From the NCBI RefSeq assembly GCF_964204645.1, contig NC_134029.1:10132850-10196849 (forward strand): a stretch of 64,000 nt of DNA, written 5' to 3'. A program made the translations under genes and the position numbers. Source of the DNA: Tubulanus polymorphus. Its lineage: Eukaryota > Animalia > Nemertea. A model generated the notes under the pieces. The model saw only the letters and a program-made list of their open reading frames with translations. It had not been told where the DNA came from and searched no databases. This document shows, piece by piece, positions 1-12,871 of this stretch (positions are counted from its first letter, which is position 1; the number at the start of each line of letters is the position of its first letter).

Positions 1-307
1 CTCTGTGCACTATCAATATCCCTGGTCGGCTTTCGGCACTTTTAGTGTTAATACGATATATCAACTCATCTTTATATGAAGAGAGTGGGCACTACCAAGG
101 GCCGTACAGTGCTGAAGGAGTTAAGCCCCACAGATATCTTGTAAAATTGCCCATATTGCAAATATTACGGCTATATCCAATATGATTGCCTCCCTCGGGT
201 TTGTCTGCCCCCCCCCCCCCCGCCCCCAAAAAATCAAATCAAATGCTAGGCACGGCCGTGCACTTATAGTACGTAGTATATCTGAATTGTTTTATTTATC
301 TTCATAG

Positions 308-439
308 ATGTGTAAAATGTCCGTTTCCGTACGTATTGACGAAGGGAGCCCCATTCTGTGACTGCGACTGCCATCGTGACGACACCCATTGTCGCCGTGT
401 GAAATTAGGCCAGTCTACATTCACCGAGGATGCGTTGGT
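308..439 (+). CDS. Penultimate coding exon of a cysteine-rich protein, probably the C-terminal region of an invertebrate PDGF/VEGF-related (PVF) factor; the gene starts upstream of the window
   Basis: Acceptor ttcatAG|A, donor GT|GTAAGT, 132 nt, phase 2-2. Translates CVKCPFPYVLTKGAPFCDCDCHRDDTHCRRVKLGQSTFTEDALV. The CxCDC...C..K.G pattern recalls the Cys-rich tail of lophotrochozoan VEGF-like proteins (recognised from memory, not searched). Confidence 0.6.
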
Positions 440-753
440 GTAAGTATATGACCCCCAGTTGATTGACTGACCATCCCTGTTATGATCGTTGTCACCCGAC
501 AGTGGAAATTGAACTAACCGCAGTGCGGTTACCCTGATCGGGTTAGTTTTGTCCTGAAACCGAATGTACGCTGGAAGCAGGTATTGCCCTTTCACTTAAT
601 CAAAAGGCTGCCATATAGCAATCGTTTAGCCAACTATGTCTGGAACAGTGTAGAATAAGTTGAATTTCTAATGCGCCTTTAAACTCATGCTCCATCTGAC
701 GGAATCCCTCCGTACCGTACTATGAATAGGTTTACGAACCTTTAATTTTGTAG

Positions 754-1081
754 GTGTATCAAAGTGGAAGAATGTCATTTACCTGTGTGCGAATATGGTG
801 AATTCGACATGGAAAGCATCAGAATCGGGAAATGCCCGTCGAATTCCCAAATGAAGGACAAGGTCGCAGATTTCAGCGGGAACTCGCTCACTGAACTGCC
901 ATTTATGGACGACGATACCGAAAATAACGATTACTTTCAGAACGATGCCCCAAAAATCCCGTTTCCAAAACCGACGAAACCACCGCAATATGGGGCCCCG
1001 AAAATCGAAACAGTGCATTTTGCGATATCGAAAAAAGTCTCGGACAGGAGTCGTAGTACATCGAAACCTCCATGGGGCTAG
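754..1081 (+). CDS. Terminal coding exon of the same cysteine-rich PVF-like gene
   Basis: Acceptor ttttgtAG|G, in phase with the previous exon. Reads CIKVEECHLPVCEYGEFDMESIRIGKCP...KPPWG* (ORF 764-1081). AATAAA at ~1263. Confidence 0.65.
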
Positions 1082-1341
1082 CGAATATAACTGAATCGAA
1101 AATATGCGATAATTCGATACATTATCGTTGTAAATGTGACAATAATTTTAATGGGATTTAACGATGGGTTTGTTTGTGCTCAGATTTTGACAAAATATCT
1201 ATAGAAGTACATGTTGCTGGTTTCTGAATCAATTGCAGGTCAATCACATTGTTGAAATGAACAATAAATACAATTTGAAAAGCTGATGTGGTCGTTCACC
1301 AAGGTTTTTCTGTTTGACGATATATTGTGTACCTTAAATGG

Positions 1342-1435
1342 TTTTTACCCCACTTGGGACTTGTGCCCCAGCAGGCTGTTGCATTCACTTTTGGTCCGTC
1401 TCCCGTCCGTTCGTCCGTGACGGAATCCAGATATT
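1342..1435 (+). mobile_element. Helentron/DINE-1-like (HINE) non-autonomous repeat, 5' fragment
   Basis: TTTTACCCCACTTGGGACTT..CCCAGC.GGCT.TTGCATTCACTTTTGGTCCGTC followed by (CGTC)-like repeats. The same head recurs at ~13818, 15417, 15672, 17545, 17994, 21956 and, on the minus strand, ~62810. Confidence 0.55.
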
Positions 1436-4400
1436 TTATAATAGAAACATAACCGTATTTCTACCGTACTTCTATATGTATCGGTACCTATGTATATTTT
1501 GTTACTGCAATCAATTGCAAAATTCTAATGTCATAGAGTCTATGATTATGGTGATTTTCAAGATCACTGTATTTGTTCAACAGAGGGCCTTGAATAATTA
1601 TAGTATTGTCAGATTGCCAAGCATTTTACCAAGTGGGCAAGGCATTCCTATACCCCCAGTACAAACTGTTAACTCATTTCAACCGCGTTCAATAACCCAC
1701 TAAAATTTCATATATCATATCGTATGACAGTGATGGACAGCAATTTGTGTATATTAAGCTGAAGTATTTGTAAATGCTAAATTGTGTTACTATGTTGCTC
1801 CCATAGGGATGAATCTAAATTTCAATCATCAATGTTGACTTTTATCCGATCGGCCCTCTACAAATGATTGAAATTAATAACCAAAAGCCATGGTCAATAA
1901 ACGGGTTGGATGAATATTTTGCATGCGCAAAATTTAAGAAAATCGATTTTCGTGTATGCAAAAATTGAGGTCCATGCAGATTTATTCTTCAATTTGGCCA
2001 AAATAAATAACCCCAGCGCCATGGCACTAAGTGTACATAAAATTATATTTTTATAACGTGCAAAAATGTATTTATATTTCATGAGTACTGTTATTTCAAT
2101 AGTATACGGTATCGATGTTGCATTTGGACCAATTCAGTTAAAGCCATTTTTTTATTTTTATAAGTTGGATTATGGCTCAGTGGACGAACTTTTCCGATGG
2201 TATAAAAAATACATCTTTTTTCATAATTCCCCACCGTCCTCTCATTTTTGAGCATAGATATGAAAATGAACATTTTTCCACTGCCGCATAATCTTTCGAC
2301 ATCGCACATAAAATGTCGCGGTGGTTAATGTTGTTCTAATGGATTTGTTTGTTGGATTCATTCAGTAAATAGCGTGATTTGCAAAAATGGCGGCGTCAGT
2401 TTTGAGTGTGGGCAGTAAATACACAACATTCGGGTATCATTATCCAAAACGACCTCCAAATTAAAGCAATTTTAAAGTTCTTTTTTATTCCCCTCACCGG
2501 TCACTTAATAAGTGATGAATTCAATGTTTTAAGCAAAAAATTATTTTTTAGAACATTTTTCCCGCCCTCTATTTCTAGTCCATAAAATCCCTAATCCAAC
2601 TAATAATAGAAAACGGCCCGAGTTATTTCACCATGTACGTATATATTCCCGGAAAGTATTCGCGTTAAGAATCTTAAATCAAACATCAATGAAAAATACA
2701 TGTTTAAGTAAATATTGTACATATATATATGAGTGTGTAAAAGCTATACAGCGTGTAGCTTTAAACTTGCAAATTTATCAAAAGATCCGATTGGAATAAA
2801 ACGACGAAAACAAAGATAACATCGATGTTCTCAGCTTTTATTTTTCTTCTATTTGTTTTTCGTGTATCGAAATATGGGATTTTATATAGGTGTTTCCCTA
2901 ATTGAAAAAATCATTCTTGCTGACAACGGCCATCAAATATATATTAATATATATTTTTCAATAATGTTTATATATATAAACATTATTGAAAAAAGTAGTT
3001 TTTTTGTACGGAAGGAAAGATGCTCGCACGTTTCACGTTTAAACACGGAAAGTGTAATTTGAAACGGCCGTTCCAATCGGTTAAAAGCCTGATTAGGCGT
3101 GTGGTACTCCGTCGAATCACGTACAAACTTGGAAGACGAACTGCGGGAATAATCGCTCACCGAGCTTAACTACAAAGCCTACCTATTAGACATATGATCT
3201 CAGGCGAATACACATATATTTACGTATAATGCTCGAACAGTTACGGTGTACATTGACAAACAGCGAATAAAATAATACCTAATTGTGGACGAAGTGCGTA
3301 CGTAGGCCTCCTGACGACAGCTATATCGCAGTACTGGTATAAAAGCTCGAATCGAGAGAACTTCTTCGCAACAGTTATGGTAAGTATCGGGTTTAGACGA
3401 ATAAAATTACTCATATATTTATGATATTTATCAAACATTGATCTTTAGACTAATGCAAAATATATTTTATACAATATATCGACAGTTAATATCAGTAAGT
3501 CTTTTGACGTGTACACATGCCTATCCTTTCTATACCTAGACCAAAGAAGTTGTTGTTATAGTTACATTCAAGTATATACAAATGCTAACGTATCTTTTTC
3601 AAAGGCTCTATCGTAATTGTTTTTTCATACTTTCAAACATGAATAAAAAACGTGAATCAAAGTGTCAAAATGTGAACATATGATTACAATTAGTACATCG
3701 GATTGCATTTGTCATATAGATAGTCTACCGTGCTAGGCTACCATGGGATCATCAATATTCTTTTATTCAGCGACATTATCGATTGTTCGGACACGTCTCC
3801 AGGGGTGACAAGAGCTCACCTGACTGTTTCATGGCAAATAATCATGATTTATTGATATAGATGCACTAACAAAATATATACCTTATTTGGCTTAGCGGTG
3901 TAGTCAGTTTGCCACTCTAACGTGGGTTGACTCTAGTTCTTCTCAAGTTTGGTTGAAAAAAGCTTAGGTTCAATGATGCTGCTGTCTTTGTCTGACTAGA
4001 ACATTCTTTTAATGGATTCAGTTAAAAGAAAATGTCAATGACGACTGGGGAAAGTTTAGAATAAAACCATGTCCGAAAGATGGCGCATGGGTTGAGGTTA
4101 AATCTTACAGTGATTTTTGGCGCCGAGATTTGAAGTTCTAAGAAATGAATGAACCAAATAATCAAAAATCCATTGATCATACACATGATTTCTGAAAGAT
4201 AGTGCGATGTTATGACCCAGTTCCACAGTTGCTTTGACTTCAGTCTAAGTCAAATTTCGTCCGGGTAGAAGGAAGGTTTTACCGTATATACGTAGCTATG
4301 TAAATCGAGACCGATCCAGTGTAATGAAAATAGATTTGAAATAATCTCACGAGACTTAACGTCATGTAAAAACGGTTTCAACTGGTTTTTTTTCACGTAA

Positions 4401-5086
4401 AAAAAGTTCATTGTTTTTAACGAACGTCTCATCAGCTATAATGCTGGGTTTAAGCAGATGAACCGCTTTGACGTGGCGTTAAAAGGCACATAATTTTGTC
4501 GATTTGACCCCGAATCATCCACTAGATGAACAGTGAAACGCTTGAACGTTGACATTTTTACGCACTCCGCGAATGAAGAAGGGTGATACCTCAATTACCC
4601 AGACTGGTGCCAATCAACTTTTATACCGAGCTCGATCGAAATTGATCAAATGTATCAATAATCCGATAATTGATAATTGATCGATTTCATGACGATTCTG
4701 CGTGTCGAAAGTTAATCAACGAGCAACACTGATTGTCCGGGATGGTATTTATAGAACATAAACCCGCTCCGACTATTAAATATTTAAGACCTCTCATAGA
4801 GCACCGAAACGCAATCCGAGAAAACTGTCGTACGAATTTTGTGCTAATATCATAGCTGATCGAGTTAGAATCTGGAGGTGGTTGCACAATCGTGAATCTA
4901 CAGGATGAGATATCATTAATTCGTCTGGTTGGCTTTAGGGTGTCCGACGTGACAGGCCACGGTGTCAGTTATTTCCCACGGATACAAGCATCTACGTAGA
5001 CAACAATAAAATCAAAGTATCAAAGTTTGGACTATAAAAACTTGATTTGTAATCAATGACTGTATATAGTAAAAAATACGGAAAAC

Positions 5087-5221
5087 ATGTCATCATCTTC
5101 GTCTAAATGGTCCGACCGAACACGATATTATGATTGGGATGACGTTGACGAGGAGTTTTGTAACAGCGATGAGGACGGTGAAATAAATAATTATGGGCAT
5201 GACGACATCGACAAATTAAAT
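5087..5221 (+). CDS. Calmodulin-like EF-hand protein, exon 1 (acidic N-terminal extension)
   Basis: ATG at 5087, 45 codons MSSSSSKWSDRTRYYDWDDVDEEFCNSDEDGEINNYGHDDIDKLN, donor AAT|GTAGGC, phase 0 compatible with exon 2. Confidence 0.65.
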
Positions 5222-5392
5222 GTAGGCATGTTTTTTTTAACACTGGCGTAACTGTTGAATGGTTGCTCCAACTTGAGCGAGCACTATTGGGTCTTCTGTT
5301 TTCGCGCGACGAATGGTTTTTGAAATTAAGGGCTCTCCTGTGAGTTTTTAGGCCTTGTATTTTATACTTGTCGATGTATTTTTGTTAAATAG

Positions 5393-5474
5393 GCTGAGCC
5401 GAACCCCGATGAAGAACAACAAGCGGAAGATGAACCGCAAGAGGATGTTGAATTATCTAAAGAAAAAATAGCAG
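5393..5474 (+). CDS. Calmodulin-like protein, exon 2
   Basis: AG acceptor 5391-5392. AEPNPDEEQQAEDEPQEDVELSKEKIA-E ends GCA G|GTACGT, matching the calmodulin LTEEQIA|E phase-1 intron position. Confidence 0.8.
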
Positions 5475-6168
5475 GTACGTTGATATCGACGCGGCTTATC
5501 TTTTAGTTGAATATAGATACACTGTGAAGTACCAAACATCAAAACAGTCCTCGCATCAGGAAAATCTGTTCTATTTTTTCTTACCTTACCGCAATAAATA
5601 TTCTTTGTATTTCAGTTCATTAAAGAAATATATAAACCTCGGCCTTTGGGAGTTATAATGATTTAGATAAAGCCGAACTGCCCACGATGAAAGCTTTCAT
5701 TCGCTGATCATTGATAAGATTGTGGACGTTTTAAGCCGCGACCAAACGAGCATTTTTTGGCCCGGGCCAAATTTGGCAAAAACGTCGGACCACGCCTGAA
5801 TCAGATTTTAGCACAGTTCAAATCATTGCGTGCGAATATTGCGACCGGTTCCGGAAGGGAATTATTTCACCTTCTCACAGATTTGTTTAGAAGGTTCTTT
5901 AGAGCCCGTGGCGGATTAGGCGAATTTCATCTAGACGAATTGATATTTGCCGTTCTTGTATGGATGCCAAGAACCAGTCCTCGCGTAGAATTCCCCTTTT
6001 GCGAGCTTTACCGAATTCAATCACAAGCGAATTATTCGGCCAATCATTCGCCGAAGAAATTCGCCTAGTCTGTCAAAAATCTTGAGAAACGTATATAATA
6101 TTAAAAATATTCGGTTGTTGTGCCATCTTTGGTGAATGTAATTATGGTAATCTGTGTGGGTTTTGTAG

Positions 6169-6312
6169 AGATAAAGAAAGTATTTGAAGCTAACGATGGA
6201 GACAAAGATGGCCGAATTGAGTTGGAGGAGATGGCCACCGCAATGAGAACAATGCAGCAATCGCCAACTGAACAACAATTAAAAGAAATGTTCCTAGAAA
6301 TGGACACGGAAA
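6169..6312 (+). CDS. Calmodulin-like protein, exon 3 (EF-hand 1 and start of EF-hand 2)
   Basis: 144-nt exon, ttttgtAG acceptor, A|GTACGT donor. EIKKVFEANDGDKDGRIELEEMATAMRTMQQSPTEQQLKEMFLEMDTE aligns with CaM [48 protein letters not shown]. Confidence 0.9.
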
Positions 6313-6568
6313 GTACGTTTCATAGGCCTTCATTTTAACAAGTTCCTTATCTGACATACGTAAACTAGTAAAATGAAACACGATTGATAAGATATGATTC
6401 ATTCATTCCATGAGTCGGAATATAATAAATGTTCTTTTAGATTCCACTGAGATGATACTTGTCGCAAATCCTTATGTGTTTGCAAATCCTTATTTTCACG
6501 TATTATAGGATTGACTAAACAAAAACAAAAATCAACCAGTTTTTCATGAGTATTCTCTCCGTCCGCAG

Positions 6569-6814
6569 ATGTCGGGTCGATAGACTTCGAGGATTTCGTG
6601 TCGATCATGCAACGTTACAGCAAAGACTATAACGACAATGAAAAAGATCTGCTCGACGCATTCCAAGTGATGGACAAAATGGGTCGAGGATTTCTAAATG
6701 CAGCACAATTTCGGGAGATGATGGTAACCATGGGGGACACGTTGACGGAATCAGAAGCCGACGAGCTGTTAAAAGAGCTTACCATTGACAAAGAAGGTCA
6801 GATAAGTTATGAAG
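6569..6814 (+). CDS. Calmodulin-like protein, exon 4 (EF-hands 2-4)
   Basis: ccgcAG acceptor, G|GTACGT donor. NVGSIDFEDFVSIMQRYSKDYNDNEKDLLDAFQVMDKMGRGFLNAAQFREMMVTMGDTLTESEADELLKELTIDKEGQISYE is colinear with CaM residues ~60-140. Confidence 0.9.
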
Positions 6815-6847
6815 GTACGTAAGCTCGAATATAAATAACGCATTCTA

Positions 6848-7009
6848 CAGTGGAACCTCGTTATAACGAACACGTATACAACAATATTCGTCGGATATAG
6901 CAAATGGAGAATCTCGTCCCACCAATAAGACAATCTAATTATTTTCATATTAACGAACAATCGGTTATAACGAACGTCCCGTGAAGTTCGTCGTAACGAG
7001 GTTTCTCTG
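6848..7009. mobile_element. pogo/Tigger-type (Tc1/mariner) MITE in intron 4 of the calmodulin-like gene
   Basis: TA|CAGTGGAACCTCGTTATAACGAA ... TTCGTCGTAACGAGGTTTCTCTG|TA. Imperfect TIRs, TA TSD, internal TATAACGAA repeats. Confidence 0.75.
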
Positions 7010-7185
7010 TATCAAGATTTCTGTGTTTCTGTGTTTCATGGACTACCCGTTTGCCTTTCGCAGCGAATACGTATCTTGGATTTCAAAAGGGATTTCGCAC
7101 TTAACGTTACTACTTCTGTCAATCTCTGAACTCCTATACACAACTATAAATCAGTCTAAAAACCCGTTTTGTGTTTATCCTTCAG

Positions 7186-7214
7186 AATTTATTGGTCTGG
7201 TGATGCGAATTTAA
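7186..7214 (+). CDS. Calmodulin-like protein, terminal exon 5
   Basis: ccttcAG|AA TTT ATT GGT CTG GTG ATG CGA ATT TAA = EFIGLVMRI* (CaM: EFVQMMTAK*). AATAAA at 7267-7272. Total CDS 636 nt, 211 aa. Confidence 0.85.
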
Positions 7215-9637
7215 CTGGAGATTGGTTGGATAACCAACATACTGCTGGCTTCATGTTACATAGATGAATAAACGTTACAAGCCTGTTACAGGTTAACAAG
7301 ATATCTTTTTTTCATAACTCCGAAGTCCAAAGTCGACGACCCACAAATCCTTCCTTTTTTTGAAAAGAAATGTAAAATTGTTGACCCCGGACTAAAGCCT
7401 ATTATTTGTTTCCCCATTTATCTACCGAATACTTGTAAAAAGGCACTGGTGCCATCACGTAGGCGTTGTCTCAACAATAGCAGTCAGACCAGCGTACAGG
7501 AGCATATACGGTGCAGACATCGTAAAATTGTCCGATATAAAAAAGAAAGGCTTACTTTGATTATCTGAATGGAATGGAATGGAATGGAATAAAATGACGA
7601 AAAGGAACGGAACATGGGAGCCGTATCATTATTCAAATGATAACTTAAAAGTATGGGAAGTTAATTATATCGCGAGAAGTTTTTATAAGTGTCCCCCAAC
7701 AGTAGAACTGTATTTTCCGGAACGGAATACTACCGAGTTTTTGTCGAAAACCAGATATTTCATTATGATTAATCTATCCACATAGAAATTCGTGCTGTGT
7801 ATCTACACGATTGTTCCGTTCACCAAACACTTTAACCGAGCTTTTTGAAATGGTAAATTAATATTTGCCTGTATATAGACTTAACAGTTTTTGAATTAAC
7901 GCGTAAGACGAGGTAGTAAATATTATGACGTAGGCTTAACTTTTTAGTCTAAAAAAGAAACGCCCGGAAAAGCTATCATACAAAAAGAAAAACAGAATTC
8001 GTCATCTTCATAACCACTTACATAGAAATGCGTATTAACATGATTTTGTTTTCTTTCCGGGAAGTACTGCTTCGTTTTATTAAGGTGGCTACCGTTATTT
8101 GCGGAGCAGAACGGATCACTGAATACAGTGTTCAAACCACTAATCGCCAATTGTAAATTGAGTTGATGAGAAACTTCTCATTCGACACCCAACAATGGCG
8201 ATATTGTTGACTTATCATTCTTTCCAGTTCTCAATTGAATTTGCAATCGGTCCCTGTTCCATCTCTTTCTACTACAATATGCCAAAAATAAACGACGTTT
8301 AATTGACAATTTCCACTCAGTACATATAGTTTATTTTCTATGAAAAATAAATGAAAGTAGAACTGACGTGGCCGGCTGGATTTTATCTTCACCTTTTACC
8401 AAAAAATTCATTTATGAATTTTTGCTTTTACAGTGATTTGACCTCTTTTCCGTTGATTTTTAATTAACCACGGCCGGTCATGAGAAACAAGGTCCCAAGG
8501 TTCTCTTAATCTTAATCGGCACCGCAGTCGAGCTTTGTCGCCATCGGTATTTATCAAATTCTATTTATTTGTACAATTACTTATTAAATATTAAATGTTG
8601 CTACAGAATGATTAAGATGTTAATGTTTTCATTCTTAGAAATAAAGATATATTGAAACATAGATGAACAGCTGTATCTTTCCTTCGTTCAGTCATTTTCA
8701 CAAATGACATTATCTCTATCAAATTTTCGGGTGGTTACTCACAAGAAGGTTCATCTTGGTGAATCTTCTCTTCGTAATTTCTACCACTATTGTGTGTTGT
8801 CAACGAATGTTGAAAATATTACGATACTCGGAATACAACCTACTTCCTGGTGCACTCAGCTACCTTGATAATTGTTCGCTTAATTATCCAAGCTCATAAA
8901 GACTCGTCAATTACGTCAACGATGCGCCAAACACCAAACATAACATTTCCCCGAAGGTAAACACTGATAAACAATATTTTCGCAGAGCAGGTGGGTTTGC
9001 AAATATATAGCTCGTGTCAGCCTAAAGGAAACTATTGCAACTGCTTTTCGTTTTTGTTCTCTTGGCCTTGGGTCTAACTTTTCTATGTGATTATTTTGAA
9101 GACGAATGCCGATCGTACTGTATAATGGAGACTATAAATTGCATTCGGTGGAAAACGGAAATCAGAAACAGGTCTAATATAGATACTAGTGATTGCGTTG
9201 CGTGACGTTATAGCCCCAGCGTCGATGATTCATTGGCCATCGTCACGTGGGGCTGATCTCCTATGCCCAAGGAGGCCATGCGGCGCTAGAAGCAGAACCT
9301 CTACCCGTGAGGACGGGTCTCCCAAACGAGAACTTATCTCCTCCCTTGTCCACATTAAACGCATAACCCGTAAAATAATTTTAAAGCCGCATAAACGAAA
9401 TGCCGCTAAAAGGAAAATACTCCGATACGTGAGCAAATTAATTTAAGAGAAGAAAATACTTCGTAATAAAATTTTCTGATATAAAGAATATTTTCTGATA
9501 AACAAAGAAATTTTATTTTAATCTAACTTGGCTTTGGACTACCGGTGGCCTAATAGTAGGCTAATCATACAGGACTGATGCTTTATGAAAATTTAGGCCC
9601 TTGCGAAGAAAATACTGATTTTGGCAGAGACAATATA

Positions 9638-9696
9638 TATAATGAACGAGAATAATTATACTTCAACTTGAAGTATAATTATTCTCGTTCATTATA
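9638..9696. repeat. Perfect palindrome (29-bp arms, 1-nt loop)
   Basis: TATAATGAACGAGAATAATTATACTTCAA-C-TTGAAGTATAATTATTCTCGTTCATTATA. Weaker pairing extends to ~9623-9724. Confidence 0.9.
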
Positions 9697-12600
9697 ATAT
9701 TGTTCATTATAATATTGTCTTGCCCGTTGATTAGGCCTATCATCTAGTGATTAATTCCGAAAACAATGACAAGTTGTAAAACTTAGAAGGTTTTTCCGAT
9801 GTGATGTCCTAATCAACGGATTTAACCAAAAACTAGCACCAACAATACCCCAACAATACTAGTAAAACGGGAGCAAATTCCGTATGACAATATGAACGAA
9901 TTTTAGGATTCGAACCTGCATCACATTTTCAATACATCGCCAGACAAAATGGCGGCGCCCAGTTAAACTACAGATCAGAGAAAATGTATTTTTTGCGTTC
10001 TTACTCATATTACTGAGAGGTAAGACAAAATACGATTGTGTATTATATCGTTTTATCAAATGGATGAAATCTAAGTTACGAATGCCACGTCACAACTTGA
10101 TTTAATTTTGCATGGCAAATTTAGAGAATCGTATTTTAGTAGAATTTCGAAAACAAAAACAAACAGTAACACTCTCAGAATAATCTGGTGAAAGTGCAGA
10201 TCCGCACACCTGGTACACTGATACATTCCCGTACAAATAACCCCATGAACTGTATCCCAAGCACAATGATGAGTGCCTGCGCCGGTGCAGGCCCGTACAC
10301 TGGATTTTTTAGGGGGTTTACTTGGGGCAGAGAACTTAGGGCAATGTCACCCAAAAAGCGTGACGGTGGTGGCGGTTGGGCGGGCTGTAGGCCTATGATC
10401 GCCGCAGCGCAGAGGGTGAGAAAATTTTGATACTTTACCTGTTTTTAGATCGATTTCCTGCAATCTGGACCATAAACATGGGGGGGGGGCAGGGACAAAA
10501 ATATCATTAGGCTATCCACGAAAAACGATTAACTTTTCTGGTGCAATTTCCTAGCAATAAATGAAGTCCTGATGCAAATTGTGTGCTTTCTAGGAAATGA
10601 ACTGCATTAAGATGTACCTTATTTTTAAGGCAATGAAGATGAACTCCTGAAGAATGGTGAACCTTTTTGTTGAAAATTATCTGCCTCGTCTTCTTAAAAT
10701 ATGCACTTGCCTACTTTTGGGATTGATAAAAATGACTAAAAGTGCCCTTGCCCATTCTTGTTTTCTTTATTCGGTATTGATGGGCATCTGACTGTGCCCT
10801 TTTTCTTTGACGGGACGCTACATGTGCCTTTCTACTTAGGAGATGAAATTTTTGAGGAACAATTTGAAAAAGGGCACTTTCACAAGGGGGGCTCATCAGA
10901 TTGAAGAAGTGTAACAGCTGCAAAAAGCCATAGGCCTGGACACGGATAATTCAGAAATGAATTCGAATGCGCCTTGTAATTCTCCGGGACTCGAACCAGT
11001 GCGGTGCTGAACCAGCGCGGTGTTGAACCAGCGCAATTTCAATCCAATCCTGTTGCGTAGGGAATTTTCAAATCATTTAATCAATGCAGTTCATTGTAAG
11101 ATTATTCAACATTCAACGACTCAATCTAGATCGACTACTATCAACAAATTCAATAAATCCTAGAATCAATAAATTCAAGATTCACCCGCCCCAGTCGCAG
11201 TAGTGAATTTGACCAAATGCTGCCATTTTTCTCTTGAACGTAACGTAATGCAGTTCTTCCGGACATCAAAAGTGACATCAGTTTTTCCGACCTTGTCAGC
11301 TAGTCAGTTAAAAAGACTTTCTAGTAGGCTAGGCCTATCCACATAGGCCTGTAGGCCTACTTGTTTATGAAGGGGACGTCCTGCAGGCACCTGGTGTCAA
11401 TCTATAAAACACCATCTTGGTTAGATGGCCCTTGGGCTTTGGCACGTACTGGTTTAATAGATAGTGAACAGAACAAGAAAATTAATCTTAATAAATCATT
11501 TGACGCCTGTGAAAAAAATGTAGAATTTTTGGGATAAGCAAATGTGGAATTGCAAATTTGAAATGGAAGTTTTAAGAATTTTGGGGAATTATGAGATTTG
11601 GCGATTGGGTAGGTGAAAGGCATACGAGGTATTCGAATGTAGTAGTGATTTAATTTTGTTATTGAAAATTGTCAATAATTGATCACTTGCGACCGATTTC
11701 ATTCACTTTTATCTCTAAGCTGGTCTGCAACTTCATTGCCTCTATGGTTGAGGGAAGAACTCTTCTGATGTCTGCTTCATCATGACTTTGGAGCATATCG
11801 TGTGGCCTAGCCAGCTGGTCCGGTTTGGCTGTCACTCGATATCCTCTTGATTCTGGGTTGAAGTAGACACTGTCATTTAGAATAGCTTGTTTATGTTATT
11901 CTGTATGAATTACGCGTGTGTCTTGTATATTGTACTTTCTTATTTTAAAATTTGTAACTTTATTGAATTTAGGAATTTTATATGAAATAAGGATCAATAA
12001 AGAATTGATTTGAATTGTCACCTTATACACATGCCGTCACAGGACGCGGAGCCGTATATGACAGCTATGCTATTATAAATTGCTAATCTCATGAAACCTG
12101 CATGCCCCTAATATCGAACATATTTTCTAAAACATTTGAATATTGAAATCATATGTTTACACATTTTTATATTGACCGCTCGTAGCCGCCGATGAAATTC
12201 ACGCCGGCCCTACACAGATCGTAGATAGCTTCGTCATTTCACCAGCATCCCCATGTCAGGGTATTACTTTTATATCAGACTTCCAAATCGTGTATACATC
12301 AGCCATTTTGACCGAATAATCCGATTTACTTATCATTTCTATTTACGCCTGCCGCTCCTGATATAATCATACATCCTTTACTATTACAATACGTCTTCTA
12401 ATGATATTCAATGCAATATAACGTTTCGACGTTCAAATAGAGCTCATTATATAATCACAGGAAGACATTCTACATCTTTGTCAATAATACTTTGCCAAAT
12501 AGCTTGTATGTGTACACATAGACCTGTGACGTTTTGCATATCGATTTACGGTTGTCATTTGTAAAATGACGCTGAATGGTTAACATTGTTTAGGTTTCAT

Positions 12601-12736
12601 AATGGTAACATTTTATAAGGCGTCAAAAATTGATAGAATACACCACAAACAGGCGTTGTCAGTCTCTACCCTGGAGCTCCAGCCTAATCTAAATATAGTG
12701 GCCTATATAGTAAACACGTGCAGTAAAAAGGTACTA

Positions 12737-12871
12737 CAGTGGATTTTCGTTACAGCGATCATCACGGGACCAGAATGTTTGTTATAACTGATAGTTCGTT
12801 ATATCTAGTATGAAATTAATCAAATTGTCTTACTTGGGACGAAATTTGTTCGTTACAACGAAGTTCCCCTG
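12737..12871. mobile_element. pogo/Tigger-type MITE related to the copy at 6848
   Basis: TA|CAGTGGATTTTCGTTACAGCGA ... TTCGTTACAACGAAGTTCCCCTG|TA. Confidence 0.65.

Noticed and set aside
5757-6068. 103-aa ORF inside calmodulin-like intron 2
   Set aside because: TTG start, lies in a GC-richer segment with repeated GGCGAATT/AATTCGCC motifs typical of a MITE, and shows no protein motif.
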